Assembly: GCA_038844785.1 (NCBI GenBank)
Contig: JAWBRA010000009.1
Coordinates: 3,295-67,294 of the forward strand
Direction: 5' to 3'
DNA length: 64,000 bases
Origin: Candidatus Caldarchaeum sp.
GTDB lineage: Archaea > Thermoproteota > Nitrososphaeria_A > Caldarchaeales > Caldarchaeaceae
A program made the translations under genes and the position numbers. Numbering within the stretch: position 1 is the first letter of the stretch; every line of letters begins with the position of its first letter. The notes below the pieces were generated by a model, which saw nothing but the letters and a program-made list of their open reading frames with translations, had not been told where the DNA came from and made no database searches. Below are positions 18,622 through 26,610 of the stretch, piece after piece.

Positions 18622-19422
18622 TTACTCGGGGGATATTGTTTTGGGGACATCGGCGATGCTTTCAACAACTAGATCGGCTTGGCTGGAAAGATGTTCAAAG
18701 AGCTTGTAGGCACCGGTCTTGACAAGGATACTTCTACAGCCAACAGTTTTCGCCGCCCCCACGTCTGTGTCAACCCTGTCGCCGACAAACACGACCTCCT
18801 CTTTAGAAAGCCCCAGAAGTTCTAAGGCTTGTTTCGAGGTCTCGAGCTCGGGCTTTCCCACTGAAAGAGGCTTAACACCCGTTGCTGTTGAAAGCAGGGC
18901 CGCTATCGAGCCTGCTCCGGGAAGCAATCCTTCGACCGTCGGGTATACGTTGTCCAGGTTTGTGGCTAAGAAGAAAGCGCCCGCCCTTATGGCGAGGGAG
19001 GCTTTGGCCAGCTTTTCATAGCTAAGCCTTCTGTCAAGCCCAACAACGACATAGTCGGCTTTCCGCCAGTCATCCAGAGACAAGATATTCAAACCTAGCT
19101 CGGCGGCCTCGGCGGTGAAGCCGTCTTCGGCCACCGGCAGGATGTTCTTCCCCAAGCCTCTCTTTTTTATGAACCTGGCTGCTACGACGCCTGACGTAAG
19201 GACCTCGTTCTCAGAGGCTTGTATTCCCATTCTTGAGAGCTTTTCCACATACTGTTTACGTGTCAGGGTTGAGTTGTTGGTGAGAAAGACAACTTTAATC
19301 CCCATTTCCCTCAACCTTTTTACCGCCTCGGCAGCGCCGTCAACGGCTCTTTCGCCTACGTAAATGCACCCGTCCAGGTCTAGGATAAGGCCTTTAACTT
19401 TTTTGAGCATCATCTTCTTCAA
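18622..19422 (-). CDS. HAD-superfamily hydrolase, subfamily IIA (NagD-like phosphatase)
   Basis: 266 aa with HAD motif I DLDGCIY, motif II LTNNS and motif IV GDRVDTD. Confidence 0.8.
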   Translation of the reverse strand: MKKMMLKKVKGLILDLDGCIYVGERAVDGAAEAVKRLREMGIKVVFLTNNSTLTRKQYVEKLSRMGIQASENEVLTSGVVAARFIKKRGLGKNILPVAEDGFTAEAAELGLNILSLDDWRKADYVVVGLDRRLSYEKLAKASLAIRAGAFFLATNLDNVYPTVEGLLPGAGSIAALLSTATGVKPLSVGKPELETSKQALELLGLSKEEVVFVGDRVDTDVGAAKTVGCRSILVKTGAYKLFEHLSSQADLVVESIADVPKTISPE

Positions 19423-19874
19423 GCTGACTCTTTAACGGCCGAGAAGGAGACGCAGGTCATCGTTTTACCAACACCCTCCATCATCCGTAACTTGTCTACG
19501 ACCAGAGACCCTATTGACTGCATCGAGTCTGTCCTCACCTTAACTAGAATGTCCCACTCCCCTGTTATTAGATGTGCTTCAACAACCTCAGGCATCTTAG
19601 CTATCTCTTGCGCCAGCTTTTTCTGAGGCATAGTTCCCTGCTGGAAGGATATTAGAATGAAGGCCGTAGCTGGCTTACCCAGCTTCGAATAATCAACCTG
19701 GACCGTGTATTTCTTTATTACGCCAAGCTGCTTAAGCCTTTTAATCCTCTCCTGCACGGTTGTCCTAGGCATCTTAAGCTTTGCAGCAAGCTCTGTAATC
19801 GACTGCTCGGCGTTATCCATCAATTCCTCAATAATTCTGAGGTCTTTTTCGTCGAGTTCCGGGTTCATGCTCAC
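19419..19874 (-). CDS. lrp: Lrp/AsnC family transcriptional regulator
   Basis: 151 aa with an N-terminal HTH (DLRIIEELMDNAEQSITELAAKLKMPRTTVQERIKRL) and a C-terminal RAM domain. Overlaps the HAD gene by 4 nt. Confidence 0.85.
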   Translation of the reverse strand: MSMNPELDEKDLRIIEELMDNAEQSITELAAKLKMPRTTVQERIKRLKQLGVIKKYTVQVDYSKLGKPATAFILISFQQGTMPQKKLAQEIAKMPEVVEAHLITGEWDILVKVRTDSMQSIGSLVVDKLRMMEGVGKTMTCVSFSAVKESA

Positions 19875-19976
19875 TCTGTGTTTGTAGTTGTAGCCTAAAA
19901 TGTCTGCCTATTAGACAATTGTCGAAAACCATCTCTGCAAAAGACTTTTAATACAACCACTACCAAAAACACCTAG

Positions 19977-21023
19977 ATGCCCAAAATAAACAGCGCAGCC
20001 ATAATCGGCTACGGTCTCTACATACCTAGGTACCGAATAAGAGGGGAGGAGTTGGCTAGGGTTTGGGGGAAAAGCAAGTCAGACCTCCCTGTTAAAGAGA
20101 AAGCAGTAGCAGGTCCTGACGAGGACACGGTTACTATGTCGGTGGAGGCGGCGCGCTACGCTTTAAAGAGAGCTGGAGTAGACCCGTCGAAGATCTCGGC
20201 CGTACATGTGGGGACGGAGTCAAAGCCTTACGCCGTCAAGCCAAGCGGCACGCTTGTGGCTGAGATACTTGGCGCCTCTAGGAACACAACCTCAGCTGAC
20301 CTCGAGTTCGCATGCAAGGCAGGGACGGAGGCTGTTCAAATGGTGACAGCCCTTGTCGAGTCGGGAAGAATAGAATATGGCCTGGCGATTGGCGCTGACA
20401 CAGCTCAAGGAAGGCCTGGAGATGCTCTTGAATACACCGCTGCCAGCGGAGCCGCCGCCTTCGTCATCGGAAAAGCCGACAACAGCTGCATAGCTAAGTT
20501 TGAATACTCTGTCTCGGTCGTAACGGACACTCCTGACTTTTGGCGTAGGAGCTATGAGCGATATCCCGTCCACGCCTCCCGGTTCACAGGCGAGCCAGCT
20601 TACTTCCACCACACCCTTACAGCCGTTAACACAATACTGGAGGAGAACGGCTACTCAGTAGATGACATCGACTACTTCGTATTTCATCAGCCAAACGTAA
20701 AGTTTCCACTCACAGCAGCGAAGCTGCTCTCCATACCCAGCTCGAAGATAGCTCCGGGTATAGTTGCGGACGTTGTTGGCAACACATACGCAGCATGCTC
20801 TATGTTGGGCCTCGCTAAAGTGCTTGACATAGCCGTACCCGGCCAAAGAATTCTGATGACATCGTACGGCTCAGGCGCCGGCAGCGATTCCTTCATCATA
20901 ACCGTCTGCGACGGAATCGTTGAAAAAAGAGACAAGGCTCCCACGTTCCAGCAGCTGCTAAGCCGAAACAAGCAGGTTGACTACGCCACTTACTTAAAGT
21001 TCAGAGATAAGATAAGGGTGTAG
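19977..21023 (+). CDS. Hydroxymethylglutaryl-CoA synthase (archaeal type)
   Basis: 348 aa. N-terminus IIGYGLYIPRYRI with a catalytic Cys context (EFACKAGTEA). Followed by thiolase and DUF35 genes, the conserved archaeal trio. Confidence 0.85.
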   Translation: MPKINSAAIIGYGLYIPRYRIRGEELARVWGKSKSDLPVKEKAVAGPDEDTVTMSVEAARYALKRAGVDPSKISAVHVGTESKPYAVKPSGTLVAEILGASRNTTSADLEFACKAGTEAVQMVTALVESGRIEYGLAIGADTAQGRPGDALEYTAASGAAAFVIGKADNSCIAKFEYSVSVVTDTPDFWRRSYERYPVHASRFTGEPAYFHHTLTAVNTILEENGYSVDDIDYFVFHQPNVKFPLTAAKLLSIPSSKIAPGIVADVVGNTYAACSMLGLAKVLDIAVPGQRILMTSYGSGAGSDSFIITVCDGIVEKRDKAPTFQQLLSRNKQVDYATYLKFRDKIRV

Positions 21024-21026
21024 TGT

Positions 21027-22181
21027 TTGAGGGCCTACCTATGCGGAGGTGCTGTCTTAAAAGTTGACGAACACTGGGATAAAAGCCTAGCAAACCTTCT
21101 CGCCGAAGCAGGGTTGAGAGCTCTCGAATCCTCCGGCATCTCCTACGTGGACCATGTATTCATTGCAAACGTTTACGGGGAGGTTTTGCAGGAGCAAGCC
21201 AATCTAGGTACGTTGCTTGCTGAAGAGCTTGGGCTCAGAGGCGTTACGGCAGCACGTGTTGAGGCCGGCGGAGCTTCGGGCTTGTCAGCGATATACGCAG
21301 GATGTTTAGCCGTAAACTCTGGACTTGCCAACGCGGTCCTCGTGGTTGGCGCCGAGAAAATGTCTGACGGAACTGTTGAGGAAGCTGTATCTCTTTTGAC
21401 GATGGAAGAAAGACAAGATTACGTCGGCTTTTTAGGGGTTAGCCAGCTTGCGGAAGCGGCGTTGCTCTACAAGGAGTATCTGAAAAGATACAGAGTGGCC
21501 CCCGAAGACGTTGCTTACTTCACGGTTTTAAGCCATGAGAACTCTTCAACAGCGCCTCACGCCCAATACCAGTTTAAGGTAAGCCTCGAATCTGTTATCA
21601 GCTCGCCCTACGTCGCCGAGCCATTACACAGGCTTGAGACGACAGCACCAGCCGACGGTGCTGCCGCAATACTGGTCTTGTCGCAGGAGCTGGCAAAGCG
21701 GATGAAAGAGCCTAAATGCATTGTTACAGGGATTGGTTTCGCCGCCGATTTCATGACAGCCTTCGACAGAGAGGACCCGCTTGAGATGAGAAGTTTAGCC
21801 GACGCGGGGAGACGTGCTTTGGAGATGGCCGGCATACCGAAGTCAAAGGTGGATTTTATAGAACTCCACGATTCATACAGCATATTGGCGCCGCTATCAC
21901 TGGAGGCTTTGAGTCTTGCCGACAGGGGGCAGGCATGTCTGCAGGCTAGGAAAGGCCGTTTCAGTCTATCGGGTGAAATACCCATAAACACTTTCGGAGG
22001 CCTTAAGGGAAGAGGCTATCCCGTAGGAGCGTCCGGAGTCTACGCGGTGGTCGAGGCTTTTATGCAGCTTACTGACAGTGCTTCGAAAAATCAGGTAGCC
22101 AATGCCGACGTGGGCCTTGTAGAATCTCTGTCTGGCCTAGGGTCTTACGCAGGTGTTGCCGTTCTAGAGAGGGAGAGGTGA
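21027..22181 (+). CDS. Acetyl-CoA C-acetyltransferase (archaeal thiolase)
   Basis: 384 aa thiolase-like protein (SCP-x type) in the conserved position between HMGCS and DUF35. Confidence 0.8.
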   Translation: MRAYLCGGAVLKVDEHWDKSLANLLAEAGLRALESSGISYVDHVFIANVYGEVLQEQANLGTLLAEELGLRGVTAARVEAGGASGLSAIYAGCLAVNSGLANAVLVVGAEKMSDGTVEEAVSLLTMEERQDYVGFLGVSQLAEAALLYKEYLKRYRVAPEDVAYFTVLSHENSSTAPHAQYQFKVSLESVISSPYVAEPLHRLETTAPADGAAAILVLSQELAKRMKEPKCIVTGIGFAADFMTAFDREDPLEMRSLADAGRRALEMAGIPKSKVDFIELHDSYSILAPLSLEALSLADRGQACLQARKGRFSLSGEIPINTFGGLKGRGYPVGASGVYAVVEAFMQLTDSASKNQVANADVGLVESLSGLGSYAGVAVLERER

Positions 22182-22585
22182 GCGAAGTGTCGGTAAGACC
22201 TCCCGCATACTGGCGTTCTAGACCTTTCATATACAGGCTTGAGGGCAGCCGCTGCACCGTATGCGGTCACTTCCATCCATATAAGAGGCTTGTATGCAGG
22301 AGATGCAGGTCTAAACGTTTAGACGAAGACAGACTTCCCTCAAAGGGAAGATTGCTGTATTACACGGTTGTGACGCAGGCGCAGCATGGGTTTGAAAACA
22401 ACACGCCGTACATAGTTGGATTGGTGGAGATAGATGACGGCACCCAGCTTGTTGGCCAGCTGACCGACTGCGATCCAGAAGACCTGAAGCCCGGAACAGT
22501 TGTTGAACCTGTTGTCAGAAGAATAAGAGCCGACGGCGACTCTAGGCTTATTGTGTACGGGGCTAAGTTTAAACCCCTTGTTTAA
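22178..22585 (+). CDS. DUF35 OB-fold / zinc-ribbon protein (thiolase-HMGCS scaffold)
   Basis: 135 aa with a Zn ribbon (CTVCGHFHPYKRLVCRRC) followed by an OB-fold region. Overlaps the thiolase gene by 4 nt. Confidence 0.8.
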   Translation: MSEVSVRPPAYWRSRPFIYRLEGSRCTVCGHFHPYKRLVCRRCRSKRLDEDRLPSKGRLLYYTVVTQAQHGFENNTPYIVGLVEIDDGTQLVGQLTDCDPEDLKPGTVVEPVVRRIRADGDSRLIVYGAKFKPLV

Positions 22586-23361
22586 TGGCTCATAACGCTC
22601 TTCCATACGAGTAGCGTCGCATACTCTCGGGGGATGGCTTCCTGCTGCGCAACCCTTTCTATCTCTGCTCTCAACACGGACTCCGCCCTAGGGCCGTGTG
22701 TCAGCATATAACGTTTTTTAACATCTTCAAACAGCTTTGCTACTTCTTCCTTGCTTGAGGTTAGGTCCGTTATTGTGCGGGGTAGGTCCGACAGTTGTTT
22801 AATCATGTCGTCGACAGTCTTCAATCTGTTTCGGATGCTTGTTAGCTTCTTTCTGAGCTCTGGAATACGGGCTTCCAGCTCCTCCTTCAGTCCCACGTTT
22901 TTCGCGTTTGGTTTATCTCCTTCGAGCTGCATAGTGTTAAGCTCTATGCTGGACCATATTAGCTCCTCTTCGACCTCGGCGAACTCAGAGCCTAAAGCGT
23001 CCCTGGCCCTTTTGAGCTTCTCCAAAACATTTTCCGACTTCACAAGAACAGCTCTCCTTCTCTCTGCTAGACGGCTGAGAATGCTTCGTATAAGCTGTGG
23101 CCTTAATTCATCGAGCTTCATACAGTAGGCGATGAAATTTTTGTCAATGTTCCTAAGCCTCTCAACCTCCTTCATAACCTCGTCGTAGAGCTGGAGCGCT
23201 TCGTCAAGGTCTCCACCTTCCTGTTGCGGCTGAGGCTGAGCCTGCTCCTGCGGTGGCTCCTCTTTCACCACGGGTACCTCCACATCCTGCTGGACAGGCA
23301 AAGCCTCAACCTCAGGAGGCTCCGAAGCCTTTTTCACTTTCAAGACTATTTTTTTCACCAC
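22582..23361 (-). CDS. Hypothetical coiled-coil protein with N-terminal Pro/Gln/Glu-rich low-complexity region
   Basis: 259 aa. Residues about 10-50 are PEVEALPVQQDVEVPVVKEEPPQEQAQPQPQQE, and the remainder is heptad-rich. Same strand as, and immediately downstream of, the JAMM protease gene. Confidence 0.55.
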   Translation of the reverse strand: MVKKIVLKVKKASEPPEVEALPVQQDVEVPVVKEEPPQEQAQPQPQQEGGDLDEALQLYDEVMKEVERLRNIDKNFIAYCMKLDELRPQLIRSILSRLAERRRAVLVKSENVLEKLKRARDALGSEFAEVEEELIWSSIELNTMQLEGDKPNAKNVGLKEELEARIPELRKKLTSIRNRLKTVDDMIKQLSDLPRTITDLTSSKEEVAKLFEDVKKRYMLTHGPRAESVLRAEIERVAQQEAIPREYATLLVWKSVMSH

Positions 23362-23393
23362 AGTCTAACACCTTTAAACGCTGCCTCTAGTCT

Positions 23394-24002
23394 TCAAATG
23401 CCGAACAGCTTTTTAGCTTTTCCAAGCAGGCCTCCCCCCTCTCCCTCCGATGGATTGTTCGCGGTCTTACCCCCAGACTCTGCAACAATCTGGCGGATGT
23501 CAAACGTGGCCAACGCATGGAGAGTGCTTTCAAGCAGCTTTGTCCTATGTACTCCTATAGAAACTGGGAGGGAGACAACCTTGCCCTCTTTGGAGATTTG
23601 GAAAACCTTGAAATCTAGTGATGAAATTTCTCGGGTTCTTGCGTAGTTTACGGGGTCTATAACCAACGCAACCGCTTTCGGATACATGAGCTGATACCTT
23701 TTTTGAGTGTCTATGTCTGTAGGGGATAGGAAAACGTCCAGCCCAGGATGTGAATGGTACCAGCCAACTATGTAAAGTCCTTTGCCTTCTTGTGCCAACT
23801 GTTCAGCTACACGTGACATCACAGATTCATCGAGTTGGACGTAGGCAGGCGTCCCATACTGCTCGCCCGTCATAGCATCCCATATCTCTAAAACCTTGCC
23901 AGCCGACTTGCCGACCAAAAGGCCAGCCACCTCCTTGTTCAAATTTGCGGTTGAATGCTTAACTATCTTGGCGAGGGCTAGGGGGTATATCCTTACACGC
24001 AT
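23394..24002 (-). CDS. JAMM/MPN+ metalloprotease, Rpn11-like deubiquitinase / pro-ubiquitin processing peptidase
   Basis: 202 aa with the complete JAMM motif: a Glu in EVAGLLVGK, then GWYHSHPGLDVFLSPTD (H-x-H-x7-S-x2-D). Divergent from the Ub-E2-E1-RING operon. Confidence 0.85.
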   Translation of the reverse strand: MRVRIYPLALAKIVKHSTANLNKEVAGLLVGKSAGKVLEIWDAMTGEQYGTPAYVQLDESVMSRVAEQLAQEGKGLYIVGWYHSHPGLDVFLSPTDIDTQKRYQLMYPKAVALVIDPVNYARTREISSLDFKVFQISKEGKVVSLPVSIGVHRTKLLESTLHALATFDIRQIVAESGGKTANNPSEGEGGGLLGKAKKLFGI

Positions 24003-24119
24003 TGGGTAAACAATGGATAAAGGTCAATAATAAGAATGACTTGACATAGGTAGCCTACGCCTCTTTGAATGTTATCGAGATACCTCTCCGGCCGTTTCGG
24101 TGTTTTACACATGGTTAAA

Positions 24120-24129
24120 CCTTATATAC
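24120..24129 (+). promoter_or_regulatory. TATA box (CTTATATA) for Ub-E2-E1-RING operon, leaderless
   Basis: Lies about 25-30 nt upstream of the ATG at 24153, which supports the internal Met (MKIKIV..) as the true start. Confidence 0.45.
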
Positions 24130-24152
24130 GCTCAAAAGAAAAAAACTGCAGA

Positions 24153-24416
24153 ATGAAGATAAAGATTGTTCCCGCAGTTGGTGGAGGTACACCCTTGGAG
24201 CTTGAGGTTTCACCCAACGCGACAGTTGGTGCTGTCAGGACTAAGGTGTGTGCTATAAAGAAGCTTCCCCCCGACACTACTAGGTTGACATACAAAGGGA
24301 GGGCTTTGAAAGATACTGAAACCCTACAAAGCATAGGGGTGTCTGACGGTGATAAATTTGTGTTGATAACTAGGACGGTGGGGGGAGTTGGAAAACCTTT
24401 ACGTGGAGCTGCCTGA
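24153..24416 (+). CDS. Ubiquitin-like beta-grasp protein precursor (Gly-Gly followed by 9-aa C-terminal extension)
   Basis: 87 aa from MKIKIV. The mature 78 residues end ..LITRTVGG, and VGKPLRGAA follows. It carries a ubiquitin-like hydrophobic patch and LTYKGRALKD, comparable to ubiquitin's LIFAGKQLED. The maximal ORF starts at 24069, but the TATA position favours 24153. Confidence 0.8.
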   Translation: MKIKIVPAVGGGTPLELEVSPNATVGAVRTKVCAIKKLPPDTTRLTYKGRALKDTETLQSIGVSDGDKFVLITRTVGGVGKPLRGAA

Positions 24417-24894
24417 GACCGCGTGGTACAAACGTCTGGCGCTCGAGTATTCGTTGATGCAGGAGCATGAGCCTACGTTCAACCCTGTGGAAAACGACCT
24501 CACCCACTACGAGGGCGTAATAATAGGAACAAACATGTATGAAGGCGGGTACTTTAGGGTAGAGATACTTCTCCCACGGTCGTATCCTTTTTATCCACCT
24601 GACGTTGTTTGGCATACTCGTATCTGGCATCCTAACTTTTCCGACAGCGTGCCAGCCCGTGTGTGTGAGTCCGTGTTTAAAGACCATTGGTCGCCGTCTC
24701 TAAGGCTTGTAGCCGTGATAGAGTCTCTTCGAAACCTTTTGAACAACCCAAACCCGGAAGACCCCCTGAACCCTGTGGCGGCGTTCGAGTACAAGAACAG
24801 GCCGGACCTTTTCATGGCTAGAGTTAGACAGTTTATAGAAGAATATGCAACACCTGAGCAGGCGTTTAAACAAAGCAAGCGAAAGGGGCTCTAG
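24388..24894 (+). CDS. Ubiquitin-conjugating enzyme E2 (UBC fold)
   Basis: 168 aa with the HPN motif (WHPNF) and active-site context ARVCESVFKDHWSPSLRL (compare canonical C..L...W.P). The start overlaps the Ub precursor tail by 29 nt. Confidence 0.85.
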   Translation: MENLYVELPETAWYKRLALEYSLMQEHEPTFNPVENDLTHYEGVIIGTNMYEGGYFRVEILLPRSYPFYPPDVVWHTRIWHPNFSDSVPARVCESVFKDHWSPSLRLVAVIESLRNLLNNPNPEDPLNPVAAFEYKNRPDLFMARVRQFIEEYATPEQAFKQSKRKGL

Positions 24895-24896
24895 GT

Positions 24897-26087
24897 TTGG
24901 GTGAAAGCCCCACGCTAGCCAGATACGATAGACAGCTAAGGCTTGATGGATGGGACCAGTACAAGCTGATGTCCGCAAAAGTTGTGATCGCCGGAGTTGG
25001 TGCTCTTGGATGTGAGGCGGCTAAAAACCTGGCTCTGATGGGTGTTGGTGAACTTTTGCTTGTTGATAATGATGTGGTGGAACTGTCTAACCTAAGCCGT
25101 CAGATGTTGTACATGGATGAGGATGTTGGAAAGCCGAAGGCCTTGGTTGCTGAGGACCGCGTTAAAAAAATGAACCCGTCGATCAACGTTGTTGGCCTGC
25201 AGATGGATGTGCGTCAAATTCCCGAGGAGGTTTTCGCGAAGGCTGATGTTCTGGTAAGCTGTGTTGACAACTGGCCTACTAGGAGGTGGATAAACTCTAT
25301 GGCCGTTGAGGTGGGTAAACCGTTAGTAGACATTGCCACAGACGCATACTATGGAAATGTTCAAGTAGTCGTCCCAGGGAAGACGGCATGCATTGAATGT
25401 CATGCTGAGGCCTTGATTCCAACTGAGGTTCAGGCTGCAGAATGTTCTCTTAGGCGGAGAAAGCCGGAGGATTTGATTGCCGAACTCTATGAAAAGGGAA
25501 TATCTTTGGACCGACAGGAGGCTGAAGAGCTTTTCCGACATAATATTAAAACGCTTTATGACATCAAGTATGCTCCGCAAAGACTCGTAGACTCTCTGGA
25601 TGAAAATGTAAGAAGCCTTGTTTTAAGACTTCGTGGTCTTTTAAACCCTAAGATGCCTGCGCTCCAAAGCGTTTCCGCAACCATTGCAGGGTTGGGTGTT
25701 TTCGAAACAGTTAGGATACTGCATAAAGGGCTTCTTGGAAAGCCTTTCAGCGGTTTGTTTATGTACGACGGTCTCAGGGGAAGGTTGACGAAGGTGCAGC
25801 TTGACAGGAACATGTTATGTCACGTGTGCAGCGTGGACGAAGAACAGCCCATAGAGCTGGAGATATCAAACAAGGAAAAAGTTGCCGACATACGGGAGAG
25901 AATCGCCAACAAGTTCATGTTCCCCGACGCACGGATACAGTTTGGTGCGAAGCTTCTCGACGACTCTGCTGAGGTTAGGGAAATCGGCTTAACGGACCGG
26001 GACATCCTGTACGTACACTCGACGAGAAGGGCTACGCCTCTAGCTTTACGGGTGAAAATCCTTGAAGATAGTGATCAAAGAGGTTAA
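24897..26087 (+). CDS. Ubiquitin-activating enzyme E1-like (ThiF/MoeB/UBA fold) with C-terminal ubiquitin-fold domain
   Basis: 396 aa with a Rossmann motif (GVGALGCEAAKNL...LLVDND). Two CxxC pairs (CIEC and CHVC) are as in MoeB/ThiF zinc sites, and there is a candidate catalytic Cys in AAECS. The C-terminal roughly 90 aa are beta-grasp-like. It begins 2 nt after the E2 stop. Confidence 0.85.
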   Translation: MGESPTLARYDRQLRLDGWDQYKLMSAKVVIAGVGALGCEAAKNLALMGVGELLLVDNDVVELSNLSRQMLYMDEDVGKPKALVAEDRVKKMNPSINVVGLQMDVRQIPEEVFAKADVLVSCVDNWPTRRWINSMAVEVGKPLVDIATDAYYGNVQVVVPGKTACIECHAEALIPTEVQAAECSLRRRKPEDLIAELYEKGISLDRQEAEELFRHNIKTLYDIKYAPQRLVDSLDENVRSLVLRLRGLLNPKMPALQSVSATIAGLGVFETVRILHKGLLGKPFSGLFMYDGLRGRLTKVQLDRNMLCHVCSVDEEQPIELEISNKEKVADIRERIANKFMFPDARIQFGAKLLDDSAEVREIGLTDRDILYVHSTRRATPLALRVKILEDSDQRG

Positions 26088-26292
26088 CGCAGGGTTCTGG
26101 AACCCTTTCGAAGATGAGGATAGAACGAAGCAGAAGCTTAATTTCTGCGTTATCTGCGGGCTTGAAATTTCAAACGAAAAAACATATTCATGCCCCCACT
26201 GTGGTTCTGTGGGGCATATGTCATGTTTTGACGACTGGCTGCTGATAAGAAAGTCATGCCCGCTGTGCAGGAGGCCTATAGCGGAGGGATGA
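26062..26292 (+). CDS. Small RING-type (C4HC3) zinc finger protein, putative E3
   Basis: 76 aa with C-x2-C-x11-C-x2-C-x4-H-x2-C-x10-C-x2-C (CVIC..CPHC..H..C..CPLC), plus a Trp in the last loop as in RING E2-binding surfaces. Overlaps the E1 3' end by 26 nt. Confidence 0.8.
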   Translation: MKIVIKEVNAGFWNPFEDEDRTKQKLNFCVICGLEISNEKTYSCPHCGSVGHMSCFDDWLLIRKSCPLCRRPIAEG

Positions 26293-26298
26293 ACCAAT

Positions 26299-26610
26299 AT
26301 GGCTGAAGAAAAGAACGAAAAAGTCATAGAGCTCGACTTTTTGGAGACTCCAAAAGGCCCTGTAGCTCGTTTTGACGGAGTTAAACAGCTTGCCGAGTTG
26401 GTTGTAGAGGTTTTTCAAGAGTTGGAAAAGTTGAATGAAAAAATCAAATCCTTTGAGAAGGAGGAAAAAGCACCGGAGAGTATCGAAAGAAGGTTGAAGG
26501 ACATAGAGGACCAGCTTGCTGTCCTTTCGGACGACATGCGTGAGATACTGAACGCCCTGGGAGAGCTTTCTGCCACAGTAGCCCAGCTTAGGAAAGCCCT
26601 CAAATTATGA
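26299..26610 (+). CDS. Small coiled-coil protein, possible distal member of Ub operon
   Basis: 103 aa, highly charged and heptad-rich (ELEKLNEKIKSFEKEEK..., DIEDQLAVLSDDMREILNALGEL). Starts 7 nt after the RING gene stop. Confidence 0.5.
   Translation: MAEEKNEKVIELDFLETPKGPVARFDGVKQLAELVVEVFQELEKLNEKIKSFEKEEKAPESIERRLKDIEDQLAVLSDDMREILNALGELSATVAQLRKALKL

Noticed and set aside
26299-26610. Considered whether the 103-aa protein after the RING gene is a second ubiquitin-like or SAMP-like modifier.
   Set aside because: It has no C-terminal Gly-Gly and no beta-grasp pattern. It is predicted to be all-alpha coiled coil, so it is kept as a hypothetical coiled-coil operon member.
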